From NCBI GenBank assembly GCA_965371665.1, contig CBDUZI010000001.1, positions 9,411 to 73,410 of the forward strand: a stretch of DNA of 64,000 nucleotides. Direction: 5' to 3'. The DNA comes from an uncultured bacterium (GTDB lineage: Bacteria; Oederibacteriota; JAAXVQ01; JAUVAV01). This document shows positions 18,592-28,600 of this stretch, in pieces; position 1 is the first letter of the stretch, and each line of letters opens with the position of its first letter. Below the pieces are notes generated by a model. It had not been told where the DNA came from. It saw nothing but the letters and a program-made list of their open reading frames with translations, and made no database searches. The position numbers and the translations under genes are program-made.

Positions 18592-18670
18592 GAAAAAATC
18601 ACTATCTTCCTGCCACAAGTGCTTAATTGCGTTCATCTGTGTGCATCGGCGTTCATCGGCGGTTAATTTT
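18592..18670 (-). promoter_or_regulatory. conserved upstream element A (copy 2)
   Basis: aaaaaatcactatcttcctgccacaagtgcttaattgcgttcATCTGtgtgCATCGGCGttCATCGGCGGttaa, immediately 5' of the 16787..18565 start. Confidence 0.45.
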
Positions 18671-18675
18671 CCACA

Positions 18676-19626
18676 TCATTTAATAACCACTACCGTTCCG
18701 GAAATCACGCGCCCCTCAACCTCGATCTGGTAGAGGTACAACCCGCCCTCCACGAAATGATGCCTCGAATTCCGGACATTCCAAAAACGGGTATCTTCCA
18801 GGGTAACCACCGGATAGCCGGTGGGATCGTAAATTCTGATTTTGATTTTCGAGTCCGGGTAGTTGGTATAAAAGTTGAAATACACCTGCTCTCCACGTAT
18901 GGGTTTGACCGGGTTGGGTGTGGCATAACAGCCGGTGTTAAAGTCAAAAGGATAATGGAAGAAATCCAGATTTAGCTGGCCCACGTATTCCTGTTCCGGT
19001 CTGCCCTCTACTGTTCTCATATCCGCGCCGATATAGACATAAAGCGGGGGCACTGGCACCGGTTGGCCTGCAGTAGGAAAATCGCCTAATCCCTCCGCCG
19101 TCACCATCACCCGTTCGGGCCGCTTCGCATCCCAGATTTGAACCCGGTCCCCGTCCGAACGGTCGTAAATCATACCCCAGTAGTGCATTGTATTGGGATA
19201 AAATCCCAGACCGCTGGCCACGGTCGTGACGGAATTGGGAGTTCCCCAGGTCCTGGCCACATTCAAATCGTAGCTATAAACCTGCCAATGCAGGGGAATG
19301 TTATCGTCCACGTTCAGTCGGGCTCGCAGGCCGCGGTAAAGGCCGTCCGTGGACTCGACCCCAAAACCCATCTTGCGATTGTCCGAATAGAGTTCGATGC
19401 CCCAGTTCGTATTGTTATGCCCAGGAAAGGTAATCTGAAAATAAAATGGTAGAAGCGCCGGCTCTGGGGGTTGAAGTATTCTCGGAAGATTCAAATCCGG
19501 CAGGCTATAGGCCGGGATAGTCAGGCTCAGGACATCTACGGTCATTAAAGCCCGGGCCGGGAAACTATTGACCAGTAGCAACAGGCTGATCGCTCCCAAG
19601 ATTTTCCAGGCCCGAATACACATCAT
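18676..19626 (-). CDS. secreted protein with a C-terminal FlgD-Ig-like / T9SS-type sorting domain
   Basis: Signal peptide MMCIRAWKILGAISLLLLVNSFPARA. The C-terminus IKIRIYDPTGYPVVTLEDTRFWNV...GGLYLYQIEVEGRVISGTVVVIK parallels the C-terminus of the 8126..9601 protein. Confidence 0.7.
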   Translation of the reverse strand: MMCIRAWKILGAISLLLLVNSFPARALMTVDVLSLTIPAYSLPDLNLPRILQPPEPALLPFYFQITFPGHNNTNWGIELYSDNRKMGFGVESTDGLYRGLRARLNVDDNIPLHWQVYSYDLNVARTWGTPNSVTTVASGLGFYPNTMHYWGMIYDRSDGDRVQIWDAKRPERVMVTAEGLGDFPTAGQPVPVPPLYVYIGADMRTVEGRPEQEYVGQLNLDFFHYPFDFNTGCYATPNPVKPIRGEQVYFNFYTNYPDSKIKIRIYDPTGYPVVTLEDTRFWNVRNSRHHFVEGGLYLYQIEVEGRVISGTVVVIK

Positions 19627-19719
19627 AAACCCCCTCTACTTAGACAGGATTAACAGGATTTTTTAAGGCATTTTTTTTATTCATTACCATCCGCTTTATC
19701 CTGTCTAAATTGCCTTTTA

Positions 19720-20478
19720 TCAGTACGCAGTAAAAGGAACTTTAAGTTCGGCGCTTTGGGGCTTGCCTAATTTTTCCACGCCGTAAAGCGTGCCCCAAAA
19801 CAGCCGCACGCCCAGCTTCCTCCCCTTGCCACCGGCTGCCGGTCCCTGGCCCTGCCAGACCAGCTCGTGGGTCTGCCCTGGGAAAACCGGCTTGTCAGGC
19901 CGCAATTCCACCTGCCAGAGCCTCTTTCCGGCTGAATCTTCCACCCAGGCCACGCCATAGGGTGTCAGGTGCAAAGTACCGGTGTTTTTGACCTGCACCG
20001 CGAGTTTAAAAAATCCGTCTTTTAAAAAACTCTGCTCAATTCCGGCTATTTTGCCATTAACCCTGGTTTCCCGGTTAATTCGCACAAAAACCGGCATGCC
20101 CATTCTTATATTTAGCGGAATCCTGCTTTCCTTTCTTTCGCCGGCAAAAAGCGAAAGCACGCACTCACCGCAAACCCTCTTGTCCATTCCTTGCAATTCC
20201 AGCCGGACTTTTTTGCTTTCACCTTTTTTCAGCCGCAGCCGCTTCGGTTCAAGCGAAGCCCACTCTCCAATCTTTAATTGGCACGGCCCAGAACGGCGAT
20301 ACTCGATCTCCATCCTGAATTCTTTGGCCTTGTCAGACTCGTTCTTGACAAGTACCCCGGCCGTGGTTCTTCGCTCAGCTTCATTCTCCAACACCAGCAT
20401 CTCCGGCTCAAACGAGACTTGAGACCAGGAGAAGGCGGCGAAAAGCAGAATGAGTAAAGTACAAACCAAAGTGCGCAT
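19720..20478 (-). CDS. hypothetical secreted protein (beta-rich; possibly chaperone/Ig-like)
   Basis: The likely start is MRTLVCTLLILLFAAFSWSQ; the ORF track uses a GTG at 20505. No recognisable catalytic motifs. Confidence 0.55.
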   Translation of the reverse strand: MRTLVCTLLILLFAAFSWSQVSFEPEMLVLENEAERRTTAGVLVKNESDKAKEFRMEIEYRRSGPCQLKIGEWASLEPKRLRLKKGESKKVRLELQGMDKRVCGECVLSLFAGERKESRIPLNIRMGMPVFVRINRETRVNGKIAGIEQSFLKDGFFKLAVQVKNTGTLHLTPYGVAWVEDSAGKRLWQVELRPDKPVFPGQTHELVWQGQGPAAGGKGRKLGVRLFWGTLYGVEKLGKPQSAELKVPFTAY

Positions 20479-20490
20479 AAAAAGCCTTTT

Positions 20491-20612
20491 CAGCCGCCGA
20501 TGCACGCCGATTAACGCTGATTAAAAATCTTTTTTCATAAATATCTGCGTTTATCGGCGTCCATCGGCGGTTATCCGTATTTATCTTTGTTCATCGGCGG
20601 TTAATTTTCTCC
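20491..20612 (-). promoter_or_regulatory. composite upstream element B (copy 2) plus an element A array with four CATCGGCG half-sites
   Basis: gccgccGATGCACGCCGATtaacgctgattaaaaatcttttttcataaat ATCTGCGtttATCGGCGtccATCGGCGGttatccgtatttatctttgttcATCGGCGGttaa. It overlaps the 3' end of the 20581 gene. Confidence 0.45.
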
Positions 20613-21549
20613 AGTGAGCCGGTCTTTCTCCGGCCCAGAGATAAACGTTAATATACTTAGTAATGCCCTGACGAACACCACTAGTCACCGAGATCAGATA
20701 AAATAGCGGGCCTTTTTCAAAATCAACATCCTTTGGGACATTAATTTCCAATTCTATTTTTTTACTTTTACCTGGATTGAGTTTTATCTCATCCGGCTTG
20801 ATTTTCACCTCATCCGGGTTGCCGCTGAACTGGCTTCCCTGGTCTGGCGTTACATCAGTATCTGCAGGATCCACAGAAGATAATAAATACCTTTGTTTTT
20901 TGGATGTGTTATTTGTCAACACGATTTCTTTATTTTCCTCGGTTAATACCTGGATTTCTTTGCCAGGTACAATCTCAAACATATCCACGCGCGGTGGATC
21001 GAGGGCATACGCCGCATCTGCCGGATTTTTCAAGGCTCGCGCGAGCCCCTGTTCATTGCGGCCCGGAGCTACTGAAAATAAAAAGTGACCATCGATCTTG
21101 AACCCATACTTGAAACCTCTGGCACTGGGATCGCCTGTGGTACTCATTATAATATTAGCTTGAAACTTACGGCCCAGCAAGGACTCATCATCCGGCAGAT
21201 TTACTTTCACATCCATCTGAATTTTGCCTTTTGCCGGAATCGTGGCTGCTCGGGAATCCAGCACAATCCAGTTGGCATCAGGAATAGCTTCATATCCCGG
21301 CTTGGGTGTTTCCGGTCTCTGCGGATAAACCGATACCGCGATCGGAATAGCATAGTTATTGCCCATAACCAGGGGAAAATTTGCCAATTCCTTCATGCTG
21401 ATGGTCTTTCCAATAGGGAGATTGCCCACATTAATCTTCGTATAATTCATACTAATTCCCGAATATTTTTCGGCTTTTTTAGCGGCCCAGAGGGAAAATG
21501 GAAAAATAAAATTCAGGATAATACCGAGAATGATTGCTTTTTTTAACAT
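20581..21549 (-). CDS. hypothetical secreted protein
   Basis: The likely start is MLKKAIILGIILNFIFPFSLWA (the track starts 6 codons earlier). A 1-kb ORF with a signal peptide and no recognisable motifs. Confidence 0.55.
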   Translation of the reverse strand: MLKKAIILGIILNFIFPFSLWAAKKAEKYSGISMNYTKINVGNLPIGKTISMKELANFPLVMGNNYAIPIAVSVYPQRPETPKPGYEAIPDANWIVLDSRAATIPAKGKIQMDVKVNLPDDESLLGRKFQANIIMSTTGDPSARGFKYGFKIDGHFLFSVAPGRNEQGLARALKNPADAAYALDPPRVDMFEIVPGKEIQVLTEENKEIVLTNNTSKKQRYLLSSVDPADTDVTPDQGSQFSGNPDEVKIKPDEIKLNPGKSKKIELEINVPKDVDFEKGPLFYLISVTSGVRQGITKYINVYLWAGERPAHWRKLTADEQR

Positions 21550-21650
21550 GGCATAATCTCCCCACAAAAATTTCTAAGCTGAAACTTTATTAAAAAACCA
21601 GGAAGTACGTAAGTCGAATCAGTCTTACGCACTTCCCGGTTAAAGAGAAA

Positions 21651-22301
21651 TTATACTGCATTTGCTCCAATAATGATCGTGATGGTCTGTTCTGCGCCGG
21701 CTGTAGTATCGCTAGAAGGCGCCTGGAAAAAATAACGCATAGACCGAAGCGAGCTAGCCGCTGGAACACTGAAGCCCTTAAACGCATCAGGATCATCTGG
21801 GTCAGCAAGAGCATTATTCCGGGCTAAATTATCCGTAGTCGCTACGATGTCTGTTCCTATTACTTTTAAAACGTCCTCCGTACCAAAATCTCCCTTCACA
21901 AGATTCCTCCCATCCTCATACGGGTTTTCACCAACAAGAGTCGTGTATGTGAAAATCGCCGCAAGCACAAATTGATCTGCCCCTATAGCATCTATATCAT
22001 TACCCAATCCCCAGCCGCCTGCAATAGCAGAAACCTGAGCTTTATAAGCAATCGTTGCATAGCCATTATTCTGAAGCGTGGAACGGGGCTTACCATCGGG
22101 ATTATTGGACAAATGTTCCGTGCTAACTGCTACGGCTCCAAACCCAATGGCAGCATCCCCTACCATCTCCAGATCGATCGGGTCTGAAGAAATCTTAACT
22201 GTAATATTCCAACTCTGCGTCGGTAAAGCAGCAAAACCGGAAACAGCCATCCCGCCTAAAAACGCGATTCCAACTAAAGCACCAAGAATTCTTTTCATAA
22301 C
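21651..22301 (-). CDS. small secreted protein (Gly/Ala/Asp-rich, possible surface or fimbrial-like subunit)
   Basis: Start MKRILGALVGIAFLGGMAVSGFA. Function unknown. Confidence 0.5.
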   Translation of the reverse strand, partial: VMKRILGALVGIAFLGGMAVSGFAALPTQSWNITVKISSDPIDLEMVGDAAIGFGAVAVSTEHLSNNPDGKPRSTLQNNGYATIAYKAQVSAIAGGWGLGNDIDAIGADQFVLAAIFTYTTLVGENPYEDGRNLVKGDFGTEDVLKVIGTDIVATTDNLARNNALADPDDPDAFKGFSVPAASSLRSMRYFFQAPSSDTTAGAEQTITIIIGANAV

Positions 22302-22435
22302 CATTTTACCTCTCATTTTTTTATTTTTGTTTCTGTAGGCATGGAGATAAATGTCGTCAAATTACAAAACTGCACAATTATTATAGCCCCCCTTTCGCTG
22401 GAATTTTCCTAACCCGGCCAAACCAAAACCAAATT

Positions 22436-22552
22436 TAGCCGCAGATACACGCCGATATACGCAGATTACAAATCAATTATCCTCTCAAAAAAATCACTAT
22501 TTCCCTGCCTCAAGCGGCTAATTACGCTCATCTGCGTTCATCGGCGGTTAAA
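22436..22552 (-). promoter_or_regulatory. composite upstream element B (copy 3) plus element A (copy 3)
   Basis: gccGCAGATACACGCCGATatacgcagattacaaatc...aaaaaaatcactatttccctgcctcaagcggctaattacgctcATCTGCGttcATCGGCGGttaaatcc, about 135-250 nt upstream of the 21651..22301 start. Confidence 0.45.
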
Positions 22553-23495
22553 TCCTTGTCGAATTTAACTTTGCGTCCTTTGCGTCTTTGCGGTAAATAA
22601 AAAAAATTTCAAACGCAAATTAGTTAATCGTTAGCCCTTCTTTATTTTGGACAACAAAATTCGCTTTTTATTACAAAAAAAAATGAACTTTTTTTAGGCG
22701 TCTACACAAACGCTTTTCTTAATCCTATCCCGTTTTTCGCATGTTTCCTGCTATGGCCAGCCATACTCCATCCCTCTGTGACTTGAGCGGTCGGTACAAT
22801 TAGCATGAAACATCTTCTTTTGGACTTTCTTTAATCCTCCTTCTTTATTGCCCCCCTTTAAATATCCCCCCTTTCATGCCGAAATAAATGTAATAAAAGT
22901 CGTTTTAAGGTAAACGAACCAGGATTACATCCCCTATTCATCGAATAACTGTTCGAAAAAAAGTTTACATGACGATAAAATAGGGATGTTAATATAATCC
23001 AAAATTAATTGGATGTCAATTTTTTTTTTTATCTTTCTAGTTTTTTGACCCAACTTTATCAAATACACTTTCAACCTTTTTTATAAATTTTGCGAAATAT
23101 TGGCAATTCAATTAAGGTAGAAAGAGATAAATTTTAAAAAACAGGGCATCCTAACATTTTATTATTATTTTATTTGACTTATTTAGCTTATGTTGTATTT
23201 TAGTATATCACAAATAATAAAAAAAAGCAAATACAATTTCTGCCTTTTTTTAAGCACAAAATTAAACGAATTCCCCGGTTTATGTCCTGGAATTTCTACA
23301 ATCTGTTGAAATAATAGGCTTTTTCTGGAACTACTGTTTCTTGCCTCACGAATGAATGAAGTAATGGAATGGTGAAATAATGCTTTTAAAGCAAAGCTAA
23401 GTTCTATATAAGTTCTATATAGGTGGATAACATTCAAACGGGTCCGCCATGGAGAAATAGTGAAAGCAGAGCAAAGCTAAGTTCAGGAGTGGTGG

Positions 23496-24344
23496 TTATC
23501 CCTTCACCGCCCCGGCTGTAAGTCCTTTAATAATATATTTGGATAGGAAAAAATAAATAATTAATAAAGGAATAGTCGCAATCGTGAGACCGGCCATAAG
23601 TAAGGCATAATCCGTAAGGTGTTCTCCCTGAAATACCATGAGTCCCCGTTGAATCGGCATCAGGGCCCGGTTATTAATAATAATCAGCGCCAAAAGAAAC
23701 TCATTCCATACCGCCAGGATAGTAAATATGGCTACCGTGGCAATCGCCGGGGTAGACAAGGGCAGAAATATCCGCCAATATAAGTTGAATTTGTTGCACC
23801 CGTCAATAATTGCCGCCTCTTCTATCTCCTTAGGCACATTTTCAAAGAAAGTTTTAAGAATAAAAATTGCCAGGGCTAACCCGGCATTAGTATAGGGAAG
23901 AATCAGTCCCAAGCGGGTATCGGCTAACCCTAATTTAATTAATAAAATATAAAGCGGAATAAAAGCGCCGGGTATGGGTATCATGAGCGAGCCAATAAAC
24001 AATAAGTATAAAAGGTTATGTCCCACAAATTTAAAGCGAGCAAAGGCATATGCCGCCATGGAGGCCAGGAATAGTACTAAACCCAGAGTAATGGCAGCAT
24101 AAAGAATGCTATTAAAAAAATAAATACCAAACGAGCCGACTTCCCAGGCAGTTATATAATTAGCGAATTTCCAAGCTTGCGGAATCAGGGAAATATTAGA
24201 AAATACTTCATTCTTGTCCTTGAGGGATGAAGCGAACATCCAGAGCAGTGGAAATACACTCGCAAACGCCCATAAAATAAGCGTACTATGTACGGGAATA
24301 TTGGCAAACGCCTTACGCCTGATTCTCATATCTTCCAGCCACAT
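23496..24344 (-). CDS. carbohydrate ABC transporter permease (MalG-like, 6 TM)
   Basis: EAA-loop motif EAAIIDGCNKFNLYWRIFLPLSTPAIATVAIFT and typical TM topology. Confidence 0.9.
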   Translation of the reverse strand: MWLEDMRIRRKAFANIPVHSTLILWAFASVFPLLWMFASSLKDKNEVFSNISLIPQAWKFANYITAWEVGSFGIYFFNSILYAAITLGLVLFLASMAAYAFARFKFVGHNLLYLLFIGSLMIPIPGAFIPLYILLIKLGLADTRLGLILPYTNAGLALAIFILKTFFENVPKEIEEAAIIDGCNKFNLYWRIFLPLSTPAIATVAIFTILAVWNEFLLALIIINNRALMPIQRGLMVFQGEHLTDYALLMAGLTIATIPLLIIYFFLSKYIIKGLTAGAVKG

Positions 24345-24435
24345 CCTTTCATACTTAATTCGCCGTTTACCTTAGGTTTGCATTCTTGCAGCCTGTAAAG
24401 AAGTTTATATTTATTCCGCTCCAGATAATTTTTTT

Positions 24436-25338
24436 TCAACGAGTGTCTAATCTTTTACTAAGTTTCAATTGCCCCAGCGATAAAATCAGAAGCATAATCC
24501 CCAGTATAACGGCTTGAGCCGTAGCATAACCAAAATGGTATGACTCAAAAGCCATCTTATAGATACGCGTTACCGGCACCTCGGTATGGAATCCGGGACC
24601 ACCATTGGTCATGGCAATTACCAGGGGAAAAGTCTGCATAGTTCCCAACAGGGTTAAAATGAAGACTAAAGTCGCAACGGGTATCAGAGAGGGAATCGTA
24701 ACATGAAGAAATCTTTTCCAGGCATTAGCGCCGTCAACCTGGGCCGCCTCATACAATTCAACCGGTATTACTTGCAGACCCGCTAAAAACAACAAAAAAG
24801 CATTACCCAAACCCTGCCAGCTCTGAACAATCGCCACTGCAATCAGCGCAGTATTTGGATCCGCCAGCCAGGGACGGGTAATATTTTCCAGGCCAATAAG
24901 GCGCAGCCAATAATTTAAAATCCCATATTCATAATTAAATATGAAACGCCAAATCAGGCCAACTACAATCAGCGAAAGTACCGGAGGAATATAGAATATC
25001 AGCCGGTAAAAATTTTTGGCACGAATATCCCGGTCAACCAAAACTGCTAGAAATAATGCCAGGATATTCTGTCCCACCAGGGCAAAAACCGCGATAAAGA
25101 GCGCATGACCTACTGAATTCCACCAGACTTTATTTTGGGTAAAAATATCAACATAATTATTCAGTCCTACCCAAATAGGGTTGGAGGATATTCCATCCCA
25201 TTCGAAAAAACTGATTCTAAAGGTTTCCAGAAACGGATAAAGTCCGAAAATCAGAAAAATAGTCAGCGCCGGTAGCACAAAAAAGTAGGCTTCCCAGTTC
25301 CGCTTGGTTTCTTTCCAGTACAAATTCCATCCCGGCAT
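24436..25338 (-). CDS. carbohydrate ABC transporter permease (MalF-like)
   Basis: EAA motif YEAAQVDGANAWKRFLHVTIPSLIP and multiple TM helices. Confidence 0.9.
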   Translation of the reverse strand: MPGWNLYWKETKRNWEAYFFVLPALTIFLIFGLYPFLETFRISFFEWDGISSNPIWVGLNNYVDIFTQNKVWWNSVGHALFIAVFALVGQNILALFLAVLVDRDIRAKNFYRLIFYIPPVLSLIVVGLIWRFIFNYEYGILNYWLRLIGLENITRPWLADPNTALIAVAIVQSWQGLGNAFLLFLAGLQVIPVELYEAAQVDGANAWKRFLHVTIPSLIPVATLVFILTLLGTMQTFPLVIAMTNGGPGFHTEVPVTRIYKMAFESYHFGYATAQAVILGIMLLILSLGQLKLSKRLDTR

Positions 25339-25579
25339 TTAGTTACCTCCCTAGTTTCAGCCTAACCTGTAAAACTACTTAGCCACAGAGGCGCAGAGAT
25401 TAAATTCCAATCCCCCCTTCACCTGAACCAAGCCGGCCAAACACAATGTGAAATAAAATTAGCTTATCACTCACGAAAAGTCAAGAAAAATTCCCCTTAC
25501 GCGGTAACCTTTCAGTTATGGTACTAAAATCGCATTGTGATAAAGTAAGCGTTGAGAATAGAAAATCGAAAATTGACCG

Positions 25580-25660
25580 CATTTGAATATTATTATCTAT
25601 GTTTAAGGTTCAAATGCTTTGTAACTTGTCAGTCACATTAGTACCGTGACTGACAAGTTA
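25580..25660 (-). terminator. twin hairpin terminator immediately 3' of the giant gene stop
   Basis: A perfect 15-bp palindrome TAACTTGTCAGTCAC-attagtacc-GTGACTGACAAGTTA (25622-25660) abuts the TAA (25665-25663). A second 9-bp-stem hairpin GCATTTGAA..TTCAAATGC (25580-25618) is followed on the sense strand by a U-rich stretch. Confidence 0.55.
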
Positions 25661-25662
25661 CC

Positions 25663-28600
25663 TTACGCGGCCATGGCGGTGCTGCGGAATATCCTCCGCC
25701 TGTATTTCTCAAACGCATCGCGGTCGATGCTCACGGGCAGCAAATTCAGGATGTCCCGGAATGCGCCCAAAGCTCCGCTGTTTCCGGGCTGCAGGAGCAG
25801 CCCAGGTACCAGGATGTCTTTATGCTTCACGCCCCGCGGGGTCGAATCCCATGCAGCCAGGCTCTGCGCCTCGAGGCTGGCCATGCTTCTGCACAGTTCG
25901 CTGAAAGTGGCCACAGATCGCTCGTGGTCTTTGATTAACGCCCGGGCCTCGGCAATGTGCCCCCTGGTTCGCAAGCGCCTGATCTCGACCCGCTGGGCTT
26001 TGAGCATGCGGATCATGGCTTTTACAAAACGCTGCGTGTTCTGTGTGCTTGGATTCAGGCTGAAACGCAGGTAAGCCTGGCCGAGTGCGCTTTCCGGATT
26101 ACGCAGCAGATCCGCTAGCGTTGAGTTCACTCCTACCTGGTTGAGCACTACATCAATATAACCCATGGGATTCTGACTCCTCATATTTTTGAGCACAGGC
26201 TGCGCAATCCCTAGGGGCAGGATGAACGCGGCTAGGCGCATGGCCTGCAGGCCTAGCGTGCTCCGGACAGGCAAAGCCGGGATGGCCTCCTCGACCTGGC
26301 CGTCAAATACTCTGGCCTTCACACCCACAGGCAGTTTGTCTGCAGCCACCATAGCCGGCGTGATCTTGGTATTGAGTGGGCTGGAGAGCTTAAAAACCAT
26401 TTGGGCGGACATGACAATCTTAACGTCGCCAACCTCAAACTCATGGGTGCTGACCTGGCCGGTAGCGACCGCGCGTATAAACCGCTTTTTGATTAATTCT
26501 TCTCCGATATCCCAAATCTTGTCGTTCTGATTTTTAAGTCTGGCCAGCCGCACAGACTCTGCCCGTTCGGCCTCGGCCAGCAAGACAGGTCCGATTTCGG
26601 AATCCAAGGGAACCAAAGTGCCGGCAGCTACAGGAGTTCCGTCTGCGGCTGACCAAGCAGCAGTCAGGAGCTTATTCAGGAACTGCAGCCGCTTGCTCAC
26701 GCCTGTGTCCTGGCAGGATTTCTTCTTTAAATCATAGAGGGCCTGCTGCACCCGATTCTGGAGGTTCTTATAGGAAGCAGGCATAGTCATCAGGTAGACT
26801 TTTTGGGCCTTGACGTCCTCGTCCGGTTGTGCTAGCTCACGTTCAGGATCGCCAACAGGCAATTCCGCCTGGCTCTGAATCAGGAGCGAGAGCAGGTCAT
26901 TGAAGACCATGGCCTGGAGCTCGGACGCCAAGCTGCGGCTCTCCCTGGCCAGATCGCGTAATCTTGCAGCCTGACCGCCTTCCTCTACGCCCTCTACGGA
27001 TTCCATTACCTTCAACAAGGTTTCCAGGTTCGGTTCAGCGCCCTCCTGCAAAGCGGTCTGCAATTGTTCGCGTATCTGAGTTAAGCTGAGATCTTGTTGT
27101 GCTTCTGTAAGGTTTTGGGCGGCGGTCAGCCAAATTTCTGCCAAGCGAATAATTGAATGCACACCTAAGGCAACAGGTTTTCCTGTCTGTTTTTTGATCC
27201 AGGTTAATGCTGGTGTCCCAATTTTGAGCGAATCCGATCCCTGTTCAGGTTGCTCCTCGTCCAGTTCCCTGGTCCCAACCCCGAAGCCCATGGCCATGGC
27301 CAGCGGATCCAGCCGGGTTTTGGCGTAATACCGCTCAGCCTGGTAGCCCGCGATTACTGCAAAGAGGAAAGCATTGATGCGGTAAACCAAACGGTCCAGG
27401 CGCGAACGCAGGCTGTTGTCCAGTTCTGGCACCTGCTGAGAAAGAGCCTGGAGCAGGCGGTCTGGCACATAAATCGTAGGCCGTTGCGCGCCCTTACTGT
27501 CCAGGTCTCCGTACTCAAGATACGCGCCCAAAGCCTGGCCATGCACCAGCCGGCTAAACCCGTTCGCCTGGAGAGCGGAGAGTGGTCTAAACAGCACCTG
27601 CTGAATCTTGAACTTACGCGCTGCGGCTGCATCTGGAATCAACAGCAGGCGTTTCATCCGGTTGAGCAACGGATTGTTATCATCTACGACCACAGGCTCG
27701 GCCGTACGAGGGTTGAGGAAGATCAAAGTCGCAGCCTGCAGGAGGGCCAGCACTGGCATTAAAAGTCCTGTTAGGGCGCCGAGTGGTGCTCTCAAATTCA
27801 GGTTCCCGGCCTGGCTGCTGTCATTAAAGAATAGGGCTGAAGTCAAGCCGTAGCGCAAAAGCCTTAAGGGCCAGAACCGGATGCCGCGATAAGGCAGATT
27901 CATGTCCTCCCCGGCCGGCAGGATCTGGTGCAGACGCTGCAATTTGCGGACTAATGTTGAGGGGCCGGCCGTATCCCCTGTAGGATGAGCCTCTCGCCTG
28001 CCAGTAAGCACGGCATCCTGCTGTTTTTCAGACAGGCGAGACGCCTGTTCTAATAATAACTGAATAGTTAACTTGTGGATCGAGCACACCTGCGACCAGT
28101 AGGCAAGCAGCTCTGCAGCCATGCGAGTGCGCGGTTCCAGGCCTTTTTTCCGGCGTGCCTGGTGATCGCAGCGGTGGGCATCCTCATGCTCGAAGATCGA
28201 GCGCTGTTCTGCAGGTGTGAGATAGGAGAGCCGCACCAAATTGGCTATGATCTTGCCGCTGCCAGGATCGTAGAAAGTGATTTTGTTCAGGTCAGTGGCA
28301 GAAAAGCCGGCGCGCTGCTCTAGGGGCAAGACCGCCATGTCCACAACATTGGGATTTTTCACGAATTGCGCGATGACTGTCTGCTGAACATCGCCCCGAG
28401 GCCGGCCATCTGCAGCCCTGCGGCCACTCCACCAGATGCGGGCAGATTGCAACAGGAAGAAGCCGGCTATGGCCGGCATCAAGACTACACCCAGCCCTCC
28501 CAGGATGAAGCCGGCCGCACCCAGGCCCAGGCCTAAGCCAGTGAGCCCGACCAAGGACGCATAGCCGAATACCAGGGTTGCGTAAGCGCCCATGGCGCCA

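Noticed and set aside
20488-20505. GTG-initiated N-terminal extension of the 19720 gene (MHRRLKRLF) and a tiny plus-strand ORF ATGCACGCCGATTAA in element B
   Set aside because: The sequence is the conserved operator half-site pair GATGCACGCCGAT. The downstream ATG (MRTLVCTLLILLF...) gives a cleaner signal peptide.
22317-23495. tRNA, rRNA, CRISPR or transposase features in the only large non-coding region
   Set aside because: No cloverleaf-compatible arms with a conserved GTTC/TΨC loop, no repeat-spacer periodicity and no transposase-like ORF were found. Only short direct repeats.
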